DNA of 60,947 nt, filler included, from Nemertoderma westbladi (Eukaryota > Animalia > Xenacoelomorpha), in assembly GCA_032718475.1 (NCBI GenBank). It is 3 parts of 3 records of this genome, joined end to end, with 100 filler letters (N's around TTAATTAATTAA, not from the genome) between each part and the next. Parts side by side here need not be neighbours in the genome. Positions count along the whole stretch, not along the records: positions 1 to 15,022 come from JAUCBJ010000380.1; positions 15,123 to 39,063 come from JAUCBJ010006731.1; 1 more part is not named here. One strand, written 5' to 3'. This document shows positions 13,061-24,610 of this stretch, piece by piece. A model generated the notes under the pieces. The model was not told the origin of the DNA, ran no database searches, and saw only the letters and a program-made list of their open reading frames with translations. Position 1 is the stretch's first letter; each line of letters begins with the position of its first letter. A program made the position numbers and the translations under genes.

Positions 13061-15022
13061 ATTCGCCTGATAGTGATGTTGCTGGTTCTTCAATTCTTAA
13101 CCGTGCTCCTGAGACCAATTTGGGACTTTCTGTTGATATAAGCAATGTCTCCAGCTTTGAGCTTCCATTAGAAGCTAGCACCCCATGTTGTAAGAGCTCC
13201 AATGACGTTGTATTCACCCATCGGTTGTTCAAGCTGTTGATCTAGCTTTCAAACATGTGTTTCATCTTCATCTTGAATACCAATAAGCTTGTCTTCCAGT
13301 TTGGTTCTTCTTAGAACAGTTATTTGGGATACCAGCGAGTGGAATATTCTCGAAAGTAGCAAGCCTCTTGTCTGATATTGGAATGTAAACAATATACAGT
13401 ATCTGAATGTTCCACGTTTTAGTTTTCGCTATTTTAGTTTCCACGTATAACCACTTTTATATACTGTACCACTTTTGGTTCCACCATTTCTCATGCTGTG
13501 ATTTATAATGAGCGCATTTTCTGCGCCACAATTTTTTTTAAATTAAATTTAATTGTGCATTAATTCTTTTTTATCAATAGTTCACAATAATATAAATATT
13601 CTAGAACATCGAATTATGGTACATTGAAGTTAATTAATTGACGTATCGTTCTATAAAAACTGTGGTACTGGTACAGAAAACATAGCACAAAATCGCGTAA
13701 ATTCTCACCATAAATTGTGACAGCGATTTGGTCTATATATTTCATTGAATACTGAAATGGTTGTTTTACGCAGTTATCTTAAATATATACTTCGTATTTA
13801 TTTAAAAACTTATGTGCTACATTAAAATTAAATTGTAAAATGTGTATCATATTTGAATATGAAAATGTATAAATTGAAATCTGTATGTATGTATAAAATG
13901 TGCTATTATAACACAATACCGAAAATATTATCAATAATTATAGTAAAACGGTTTTTTATGTTTTTCAAATATAATCTACCCTGGTTTTATATACAATTTT
14001 TATTGGGTATTGAATGACACATTACAATATTGGCAAATTACCTAGACATTTAGGTAGTTTGACTAAACAGGTAGTAATTTAGGTAGTTTGACCTTTCTTG
14101 ACACTTCAGGAATTGGATGTGAGAAGATGTTATTACTTCTCAATGTCTTCCCAATGCCTAAATTTCACATTACCAGGCTCACACATTACGAGGTTTATTC
14201 GAGGTTTATGGTTTGATGAGGCCGGATAGGCTGAGACGTACGTATAGCACTGGTTCAACCCCTGGTGACTCACTTTCTCATTGTTTCCATTTCTGAACAA
14301 AACCATAATATTACATCCTTAATTACAGTTACATTAACAGCTCAACTCCAATTCATTTATTAATATCACCTGGCAGCAATACCCAAGCTGAATATTTATT
14401 TATTTGTACTTTCCTCCTTTTATGCTGATTCCAAATATGAAACCCGTGTTTTATTAGCCTTTAGGATTTTTAAGTTACACAAGACAGGTTTAACCGGACA
14501 CGTTTTTTTTGTAATTTTGGCCAAATTTTAACACTTTTTGTTCATGAATGAATGTGTCTGAATGTGTCATGAATTTGTACTGTACATTTACGCAACTTCA
14601 TATCATACAGTACAGTGGTTATGAAGAGTAGGCCTACTTAAGGGCGGGAAATTTAAAGTGGTTAATCGAGACTGTCAGCCTGTGCAGTGTAAATTAATTC
14701 CAGCACAACTGCTGTAGTGTAAATCATATAACAGTATAAGCCTGTAAGCCTAACAAATTTCTAATTGTACAGTAATCTACACTGTTTGCTAGAGATCCCT
14801 ATTGTTTTGTTGATTATTAATTAAGTAAAATTTATTGTTGGATGGATGTTTGTAACCTAGCTAGAGTAGGCCTAGCCTATACTGCTATATTGCTGTATTG
14901 TGAAAATTTACTGTTATGCCCCGCCGCACCGGTCACGTCAAGCGCGTTCCAGGGAATTCAAGGGTACCCGATATGCAGATATTTGCAAGCAATAAGATTC
15001 TTCTACCGATAATGGAAAAGAT

Positions 15023-15122
15023 NNNNNNNNNNNNNNNNNNNNNNNNNNNNNNNNNNNNNNNNNNNNTTAATTAATTAANNNNNNNNNNNNNNNNNNNNNN
15101 NNNNNNNNNNNNNNNNNNNNNN
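15023..15122. other. Artificial contig spacer (44 N + TTAATTAATTAA + 44 N)
   Basis: Exactly 100 nt; the 12-mer has stops in all six frames; identical at 39064-39163. Confidence 0.97.
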
Positions 15123-15666
15123 TTCAACTCGCGTTATGGAAAGTTGAAATACCGCGAACAATGTTAATCGGGACAGACCAATTCAACTTGCATCAAGTGT
15201 GAGAAACCAGACCATCGGTAGTAGTAGCAGGAAACGCTTATGCCTGTAGAACTCCGATAGGTTGGTATACTCAAGCGCCTGTGCGCACACTAGATATGAG
15301 TGACGAGGAAGATTATGTACAAAGTACATGTAGTTTATTAACTACAACTTTGTCTCATTCTTTTTCAAATGGAAGAGACTATACTACGCGACAGTCGATG
15401 AGACAAGACAATGTCACAGGTACGACGTGCGTAGCGAATACACTAAGTCATGAAGAGCAAAAACCAATCCACAAGGTTAGTTTGGAAATTGGAAAAGAGA
15501 CACGTCAGGCAGAGTTTCCATCAACGACAGATGATAACGCCGGAAGGCTTGCAAGTCTACCTAATCTAATAACGTTACAAACACCCATTGATGTCGACGC
15601 ACTAAGAAATTATCGAGTGGAACAAGCTGAACTGGACAAAGAATTAACAGAGAAACTATCAAATGG

Positions 15667-18015
15667 TTGGAACAAGATACCGCCGAACCTGGTAGTTACG
15701 AACCATGTATGTCGGAACAAGAAAAACAATCTTTAAAGATCATGGAGGATACAATCCGCCAGACGAAAGACGGACATTATGAGGTAGGGATGTTATGGCG
15801 TAACCAACGACCAAAACTTATAAATAACTATCCACTAGCCTTAAAGCGTTTAAACTCATTACTCCAACGTTTATTAAAGGACGAGAAAGCCCATTTACAG
15901 TATAATACTCAAATGGAGACGTATTTGACAAAAGGGTACGCTATCAGAATGACAAACCCAGAGATTGTGACAGATCAGACGTACTACTTGCCACATCACT
16001 ATGTGAGACACCCTGACAAACCAGAAAAGGTACGTGTAGTTAACGACTGTGCGGCTCTTTTTGAGGGAATGTCTCTCAATAGTGAGTTGATGGACGGACC
16101 AAACATGAATAATTATCTCATGGGTGTGATTATGCGCTTCCGCCAACATCAAGTAGCATTTACTTGCGACGTGGAAGCAATGTTTCACCAGGTGCGAGCG
16201 TTAGAGCGAGACAGAGACAGTTTGAGGTTCCTCTGGTATCCGGATGGAGATTTAAGTCAACCACCGGCGACTTACCAAATGCAAGTTCGCGTATTCGGTG
16301 CCAGAGATAGCCCAAATTGTACCATGTACGCCCTAAAACAAACCGCTAGGGAGCAGAAACACAAATATGACCCAGAGATAATTCAAATTGTAGAAAGATA
16401 CTTTTATGTTGATGATGGATTACAGAGTTGTGACACAGTAGAACGTGCTATAACAGTAGCACATCAATTACGGGACTGTCTAGCAGCTGGAGGTTTTAAC
16501 CTAACCAAGTTCGCTTCAAACAGCACCGAATTGGTGAATTCGTTCGAAACGACTGAGCGTGGGGGTGGTGACATAGATCTAGAATTTGAACCATTACCGA
16601 CGACCAAGGTGTTGCGATTAGTTTGGGACCCCAACACAGACAACTTTAAAGTAAAAGTGAGATTGGATGATCAAGGAGGTTCTCTGACCAAGAGATCCTG
16701 CTTATCAAAGTTGAGTCGATTGTTTGATCCATTAGGTTTCATCAGCCCAGTAATACTGCAAGCCAGAATATATATGCGCAGTATCTGGAAGGATGGACTG
16801 ACATGGGACGAACCGATCTCATCTGAACAAGTACACTTATGGAAAACTTGGGAGGCGCAATTGTCTTCACTAGAAGATTATTCCATACCCCGGGTATATT
16901 TTCCATTACAATCGACATTTCCTGACAACTTAGAATTATATTGTTTCTCTGACGCCAGTGACAACAGCTTTGGAGTGACAGCGTATCTGCATAGACAAAT
17001 AGATTCAGACGAGTTTGATGTATCGCTCATTACTTCTAAGGCTAAAACCATGCCTACTAAGTATATGACGACACCACGCGCTGAGCTACAAGCAGCAACC
17101 TTGTCAACTACCATTGTAAACCTTATACAGACCGAACTACAATCAAGTTTACAGATATTTTATTGGACTGACGCGACGTTAGTTTTGTTTTATATAAACA
17201 ACGACACACTTGAATTTAAGACAATTGTAGCTAACCGTCATGCGGAAATTTTAGACCGTTCAATAAAGGAAGATTGGCGACATTGTCCCGGACCACAAAA
17301 TCCAGCTGATATTGCGTCACAAGGAATGATGCCCGAGGAGTTCTGTAAACCGGGGAACAAGAAATTTTGGCAACATGGACCACAATTCTTGAAAAGATCA
17401 TCACAACATTGGCCGCCATTATACGATAATAAGTCTAACACTATCCCTAAGTACGCTGAAATTAAAAAACCAAAGAAAGGGAAAGCAAAGAAAAAGACGA
17501 CGGCGAAACTTAAGAAGAAACCAAAGGCGAAAAGGAAAAATATAACTTATAAAGTTAAAAACGGAAGACTTGCGAGCCTTTCTTTACCAGACATATCGCC
17601 AGACGGTCAACCAGACATGTTACCAGACGGTCAACCAGACATGTTACCAGATGGTCAATCAGACATGTTACCAGATGATCAACCAGACATGTTACCAGAT
17701 GATCAACCAGACATGTTACCAGATATGTCACCAGACATTGGTAACACATCAAAACATAGTAAAGCCGCAGTTTCTCTATTGGAGCGGCCTTCTATTGACA
17801 AACTACCAAATTTGACACTCTTGAGTAACCATAAGTACAGTGATACCTCATGTATTACAGATGTGGGTAGTACCTATACAAATGTAAATACAGGTGTTAC
17901 TTTACGCTCAAGAGACATACCAACCTTACAACCTACGGTGGGACCTGGGATAAATATCGGCAGAAAAATTAATTTAACGAAACCCAGTGATCCTATAGAA
18001 TTTAAACCACCATAA
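15667..18015 (+). pseudogene. BEL/Pao pol: reverse transcriptase + Pao RNase H (peptidase A17-like), with K-rich/repeat extension
   Basis: YYLPHH, KVRVVNDCAA, SLNSELMDGP, RFRQ..AFTCDVEAMFHQV, YVDD, FDPLG, FSDAS, PRAELQAA, WTDAT, NPADIAS. Confidence 0.95.
17587..17740 (+). repeat. In-frame 24-bp repeat (two 12-bp CCAGA subunits) encoding PDGQPDML x5-6
   Basis: Read directly: CCAGACGGTCAACCAGACATGTTA. Confidence 0.9.
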
Positions 18016-18052
18016 ACCAAGGATCGACTCACAAAGTACCGACAATCAAGGT

Positions 18053-19855
18053 AATTCAATTTCAAAGCTCGGTTTACGCCCCGGCAGGCTATATTGATAA
18101 AATTATAGGGTGATAACTGTTAAAACAAAATTTAAAACGCACGGTATATAGGTTAAGTAAAATACACAATTACAGTAAAATGGTGAGGTCTAAAAACGCA
18201 CCGTATATACATAACTAATAATATCAGATTTAAATTATGTTGGATGAAATGACATTAATGAATATATATAATATGCTGAAGAGACAGTATTTACAATCAA
18301 TTATTTTAAATGATAGAAAGGAAGGGTGAAATTATAAAATTATATTATAATAATGATTATTTATCGGCGGCAATTATTGGTAAAATGGTCTAACAACATC
18401 AAAGTAATTAAAATAACATACAAAATGAGAGCAACAAGATACAATGACAATACAATACGGCTGGTTTTGGCATGTAAGGGCCGAAAACTAATAGTATCAT
18501 ATCAGTTAAAAATAACACGTATCATTAGGAGTATTATTGATTAAGTATTATTTATTATACTTATACTTTTATAGGTATTATTATTATTGATAAAGATTAT
18601 AAAAGTCCAATACCACTAAATGGCGAGCTGCATGTGAGCCAGTGGTGCAACTCAGTATGGTACCAATAAAAAAGAGTTTATACTGACTAGCAGGACTCAG
18701 TTCGGTGGCTTGAGATTTTCCATGTCGATTCCGTATGGCCTTGAAACTGTATCTAGAGACACTCAGAGAAGACAAACTTGGTAAACCGAGGTGCCATGCG
18801 GAGACACCATAACGGAAAAAAATCTGAGCACTAGACAGACCTGCAAGGTGCAGACAGATTAAATGATGAAAGAAAAAAAGAACCTTTCTATTAGGACAAT
18901 TTAAGATGCTGTAGGTAAATGACGCAGTTTTGAAGTATAGGAAATCTTCCAGGTTGATCATACCAAAGAGTTTACATAGAATTCCATTAGAAACATAGTT
19001 TCCTATTGCACATATAGTTCTCATTGCTTTATGAAGTTGTAGCGATATCTCTGCAATATTAGGCTTATCAAGTTCCGAGCATCCATACAGTATTGATGGG
19101 AGGCACATCACCTTCCATATTTTAACAACAACTGCCAGTGGAACACTGTTAATGCAAAGACCACGTGCCTCCATTCTGCTGACACAAGTCCAAATTTTAC
19201 ATTTTACAAACTGAGTCAAAGATTGCGACGTCATGGGAAAGGGCAACCCTCGATAGTTGCAATCCTTCGCAGAAACCAAAATAATGCTGTCTGTCCCATT
19301 TATGAATTCCAATGATTCCTCTCCGTTGCTCGCTCTAGCACCATTCAGGTATACGAAATGAGTCTTTTTTATGTTTAGAAGCAACTTATGTCTTTCAAAG
19401 TAATTGCAGCCTAGGGCCATAAGTTTCTCTGCATCAGACTTCATGTTTGCTGCAAGAATGATATCATCACCATAGCTCACTCCACTGAAAGATTCTGCCT
19501 TTATGTGCACACCAAGACCACTGTTATCAATCTCCTTAAAAAGACTAGACATATAGAAATTAAAAAGAATTGGGGATAACATCCCGCCTTGTCTTACACC
19601 TCTCTCTAAGGGGAATGCTTGACATATCCGTGTTCTAGATGCCAAGAAAGCTGAAGCTGAGCAGTAATAGTTTCTTAGTGTTTCCAATAGGTTGTGTTCA
19701 GTTTTAGCATCCTCTAATTTCCTAATTAACATTGTGTAGTCGACGGTATCAAAAGCAGATGACAAGTCTAATGATACTATATACATTGATGAACCCTTTT
19801 TTGTGAATTCATTTACTAAGTTGTTGACCAGTGCATACGTCATTTCTGTATTGGT
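18053..19855 (-). mobile_element. 5'-truncated LINE (ORF 18584-19843, RT C-terminal half) inserted antisense into BEL pol
   Basis: LDLSSAFDTV, GVRQGGMLSP, YGDD, LPSILYG; the BEL frame resumes after ~19860 (KRTKKDK...GPVGP). No clear TSD; boundaries +/-10 nt. Confidence 0.85.
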
Positions 19856-19859
19856 TTTT

Positions 19860-22800
19860 TTAAAAGGACGAAGAAGGACAAAATACTTATAGACCCGGAC
19901 GGATCAACAGTCAATAAGGGAATATCTACCGGCGGACCCGTGGGCCCATCTAATAAAACTAGACCTTCTAGACTTATCACTGACTTACCTGATGACGTCA
20001 ATAATACTTATGTCGACCGTATTGTAAACCTAACAGATTCTTGGACAAAAGTGTGCCGAAAATTAGCGTGGATTGTACGTTTTATACAATACGTTAAGGG
20101 CAAACGCGACTTTACACGTCGACTTACATTGACCGAGATTGACTGATGTGAAATTAAATTAATTCGCCATTACCAATTGCGATATTTCGCACACGTATTC
20201 ACATCTATAAGTCAAGGTCAACCAATCAAGTCGTCACCAATATTGAGTTGGAGTCCGATAATTTATAATGGCTTAATTTGTCATAAATCTCGGCTTCAAA
20301 ACATTGACTTTAATACTGACTTTAGATACCCAATAATAATACCACGACATCACGAATTACAACGTGCAATGATACTGGACGCACATTTACAACTAAAACA
20401 CGCTGGAAGACACCACTGTCTTTCACATTTACGTACAAGATTTGTATTAATTAGACCCAGTAAAGCGTTAAGTTCACTGACACGTATGTGTATTATTTGT
20501 AAAAAGGTACATTCTAGAATAAGTACCCAAGAAATGAGTGAACTTCCACAAGCACGACTACAAGCATTCAGACCACCTTTCACTGGTTTGGCTGCTTTGA
20601 CTGCTTTGGTCCCATAAATACAAAACGAGGACGTATACTAGTAAAACGTTGGGGACTGATATTCACATGCATGTCCAGTAGGGCAGTTCATATTGAACAT
20701 GTGATGGATCTTTCCACTAAAGCCTTTATACTAGCATTACGCCGCTAGACGCGGACTAGTAAAATGCTTGTACTCAGACCAAGGTACAAACTTTGTTGGT
20801 GCTCGAAATGAAATTGCAAGGGCCTTTAACCCTATTAAACCCGGGGGGGGGTCAATATGACCCCTCCCGTGGTTTTTTTATTATAATTCTGAAACAAACG
20901 CAGTTGGGAATCTGAAATTTTATGACTTTTCCTAAAAATCTATTGTCTTCCTAGTAGTGAAAACCGTTTTCAAAAATATTGGGTACTTTTCGAGTTATAG
21001 CGCCATTTTTTAACCCTACTTTTGGCACTTTTTTTGAGACGTTTTTTGAAAATTACATTTCATTAAATATGAATTGTAACATCTCTATTTTTTATTTACA
21101 CGGGTTTTTTGGTGTTAGAAATTTGATGGAATTCATATAAATAGATTTAGAAATTTTAAACTTGTTTTTTTCGGTGGGTGCCAAATTTTGGTGCCAGCAC
21201 CAAATTTTGAAATAAGTCAATTTTGTAAATTGATCGTTTGAAACTTGTTTTTTACGCAATTGGGGTTTTTTGGGTTTCTGGATTCGAAGAAATATATACG
21301 AGTTGCACCAAGCGTATCAAACTTGTATTTTTCGGTGCTGTGTGCAAATTTTGGTGCTAGCACGAAATTTTGAAAATCCATTCAATAGATAAAATTGCTT
21401 GTGAGAATTTATTTCTTGCGTTTTAGAGGTTTATGGCTGTTCTGAATTCAATGGAAAATATAATTATCGAACTAGACATCTCAAACTTGTATTTTTCGGA
21501 TGTGGGTGCAAAATGTGGTGCTAGCACCAAATTTTGAAACCCATCAAATATATCAATTGATTGTGTCACCTTGTTTCTTGCGTTATACGGGTTTGTGATG
21601 GTTCTGAATTCAATGGAATCAGTAAAAATTTCATAAGAGTTTTCAAACTTGTATTTTTCGCCGGTGGGTGAAAATTGTTGTTTTGCACCAAATTTTGGAA
21701 AATGAGTAAATTGATCAGTAGATAGTATCATCTTGTTTCATGCGTTATACGGGTTTATGAGGGTCCTGAATCCGATGGAAACAATAAAAACAGCACTGGA
21801 CATCGCAAACTTGTACTTTTTGGTGATGGGTACGAAATTTGGTGCTAGCACCAAAATTTGCCAAATTACGCCGAAAAATACAAGTAGCAATGATCTGGCA
21901 TATTTGAAATGTATTTCATTAGAATCAGCGCCCAAGAAAACCTGAAAATGTGAATTTATAGCATCGTATAAGTGAATTAAAAATTTTGTGTTCTAACTGA
22001 AAAGTGCTGGTTACTTGTTTTTTTCATTTTTTTCCTACGCAGAGAGGACTAAACAGCCATTTATAGTAATCATATCATTTTTTAATATTTTCCAATGTAT
22101 TTTACACCCCAGAAAACCTGTATTGAAAAATAATTAGCCGAAAATATAACTTTCAAATTTGGTGAAAATTGTGAACTACTTGTAATTTTGGTGCTGCAAT
22201 ATAACCACCCCAGTACATTTTTTCGAAATTTTTTTTTTTCGGTCGGATCCAGACAAGTGATACCTACGTACAAACAAAAAATCAGACGTTTTCGTAAATA
22301 TTTGTAGATTTTAGAGGGGGGGGTCAATATGACCCCCTCCCGGTATTTGTACAACATTTTATAGCCCGGTACTAATAGGGTTAAGAAATTAGATCATGAC
22401 CAGATCTCCAACGAATTACGTCCTTACAAGATTGTTTGGAGATTTATCCCTCCAGATAGTCCATGGAGAGGCGGAGTCTGGGAGAGACTGATAAGATCCA
22501 TTAAAACAGCCATGGCAAAAGTCATTCCAGTCTTGACAGATGACCAATTGACCACATTGTTTGTTGAAATCGAGGCAATACTAAATACTAGACCCATAGT
22601 ATTAGTACCCGATGACAAACAATCCCAGTTTGCTTTAACACCAGCACACCTGCTAATGCAGGCACCGACAACATTAATGCCTATTTCGGTTCCAATGGAA
22701 AGCGATAGCTATGGTAGAAAGGCGTGGAAAATCACGCAACTACTAGCTAACAAATTCTGGGAAATATGGCAAAACCATTATTTGCCCTCTATTTCTGCCA

Positions 22801-23060
22801 GAACCACTTGGTATAATAACACCCGAGCTTTAAAACCGGGCGATCACGTATTGTTAGCAGAAGTGAATTTAAAAAGACGCTTCTGGTTAACTGGTGTTAT
22901 TTTAGATACACACCCATCTATGGACGGAGTGACAAGGACTGTGACGGTACGGACAATTGATGGTCGTACTGTAGACAGACCGACTCAACGTCTTGTACTT
23001 CTTGAAGAGACTCGTAACGAGTCTGGGGATTACAAATCTCCAACAAATCTTAGTAAATAA
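19860..23060 (+). pseudogene. BEL/Pao integrase (HHCC, DDE core, DUF5641-like C-terminus), disrupted
   Basis: HLQLKHAG..CIICKK, MSELPQARL, SRAVHIE, SDQGTNFVG, PWRGGVWERL, EAILNTRP, LTPAH, FWEIWQ..YL. Stops, frameshifts and a MITE at 20830-22380. Confidence 0.92.
20830..22380 (+). mobile_element. Non-autonomous piggyBac-type element, copy 2
   Basis: TTAA at 20826-20829 and 22381-22384; removing the element plus one TTAA restores the integrase frame (..IARAF-KKLDHDQ..). Confidence 0.95.
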
Positions 23061-23725
23061 TATGTGTTTACCAAATAGATTTCCACGTACCTGTACACTG
23101 TAGTAAAGACAGCGGTAGAATTCCATTGTCTTTATATGTGAACATTAAAGGGTAGTACCCTTATGTGTCACATAGGAGCGGGATTTGTAGGTATAAGAAA
23201 TGGAATTCTACTTGGAACTCACAATATGAGACATTTTCGAAATTTTAGACAATCCATTTGGATTTGAAAAATTTTAAAAATTGATTCTCCAGTGAATGGA
23301 TTTCAGGGTACAGTCGGGTGGGACTTAAAATTAGAGAAACAAGAGAACGGAAGACTCGCGAGCCTTTCTTAAAAATTTAATTAAATTTTACACGGTCTTG
23401 TTTCAATAAGTTACGTCAACCAATAGACTTCCCTATATTACTAATTCTTGATTGCTTATTTTTCTGATAATAGTTTGGGATCAAAAGGTGAGTATTTTAG
23501 ACTCACAGCCAGTTTAGCCCAAATCGTTTTTATTTCGGCAAAAAATTTTAAATAAGAAACAGTGTGTCATTAAAGAAACCCTAGATCTTAGGCTATGGGT
23601 AGGAGGTTAGAGCATAGTCGAGCCAAAAAGGGCAGACGAATAACTCCCAAATCTCCTCACAACTAACATAAAACTCTGTTGTATTCCCTCTAGTAGTAAT
23701 GATTATGTAACAAATACGTCTAATA

Positions 23726-24610
23726 ATGGCAAAGGGGATATCTGGAGAGCCGAGATTGGGATATGATATCCAAGAGGAAGCAGCAGCTCCATTCGAACGA
23801 TTCGGAGCAAAAGACTACACTATATTTGGAATAAAAGATTTATCGGAGAGTACAGCAAAACTTGCTAAAACTAAATATGACTCAACGGTATTAAAGAGGA
23901 GGCAGAACGCTTTAAACGAGAGAATCGAAAGTTTACGTCAAACCTTCAACGAACTTTATCCGTACGATGCTTTATGCGATACGGGAGATATTAGTGAAGA
24001 CCCAGATACAGAAATAAGTCTTTTGTATCATACCATGCAATACCTGAAGGCGCATGAACCTATGCCTGCGGTACGCGATGAATTCGATGGAATGCATCTT
24101 TACAGACGAACTCGAGGAGACGATAGAGAAACAAAGGAAGCCTTTTCAGTTTATAAACTTTATTATCAATGTGGTGCTTGTATGCGCGAACAACAAAAGG
24201 TGATTCCGATGCGTTTGAATAAGGATAATCCCGAGCCGATATTGGCGAGGTGTTCGAACCATCAACAACTACGTTACCAGGAAGGAGGGTATCCTTTATC
24301 TAATCCGTATCATTCATTCGCTATGTGTGGACCAAAGGCTGGAGAAATTGTGGTTTGTCCACCTAAGATTGTTGAACCCGATGCATTTGAACTTACGCTG
24401 GAAGAGGTGACTCAGTCAACCCGCAAAAAGAAAGAAGCTCTTAGCCTATGCAGAGCATATAAGGCTTTCGAGAAAGGTGAGATGGAAGAATGGGGCGGAA
24501 GACTTTCGAGCCTACCTTACCATTGGACATCACACGATCAGACTTCAGCTAAGGAGATGATACCGGAAATTTTTGAAAGTATAAACTTTGCCCAAAATGT
24601 TACCTTATGA
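23726..24610 (+). CDS. BEL-associated accessory ORF A (294 aa, unknown function; isolated CxxC/C..H residues)
   Basis: Uninterrupted ATG-initiated ORF between integrase and PPT; carries one copy of the element's repeated motif (GGRLSSLP). Confidence 0.7.
   Translation: MAKGISGEPRLGYDIQEEAAAPFERFGAKDYTIFGIKDLSESTAKLAKTKYDSTVLKRRQNALNERIESLRQTFNELYPYDALCDTGDISEDPDTEISLLYHTMQYLKAHEPMPAVRDEFDGMHLYRRTRGDDRETKEAFSVYKLYYQCGACMREQQKVIPMRLNKDNPEPILARCSNHQQLRYQEGGYPLSNPYHSFAMCGPKAGEIVVCPPKIVEPDAFELTLEEVTQSTRKKKEALSLCRAYKAFEKGEMEEWGGRLSSLPYHWTSHDQTSAKEMIPEIFESINFAQNVTL

Noticed and set aside
15067-15078. TTAATTAATTAA as a piggyBac footprint
   Set aside because: Centred in N runs and repeated identically; a synthetic linker.
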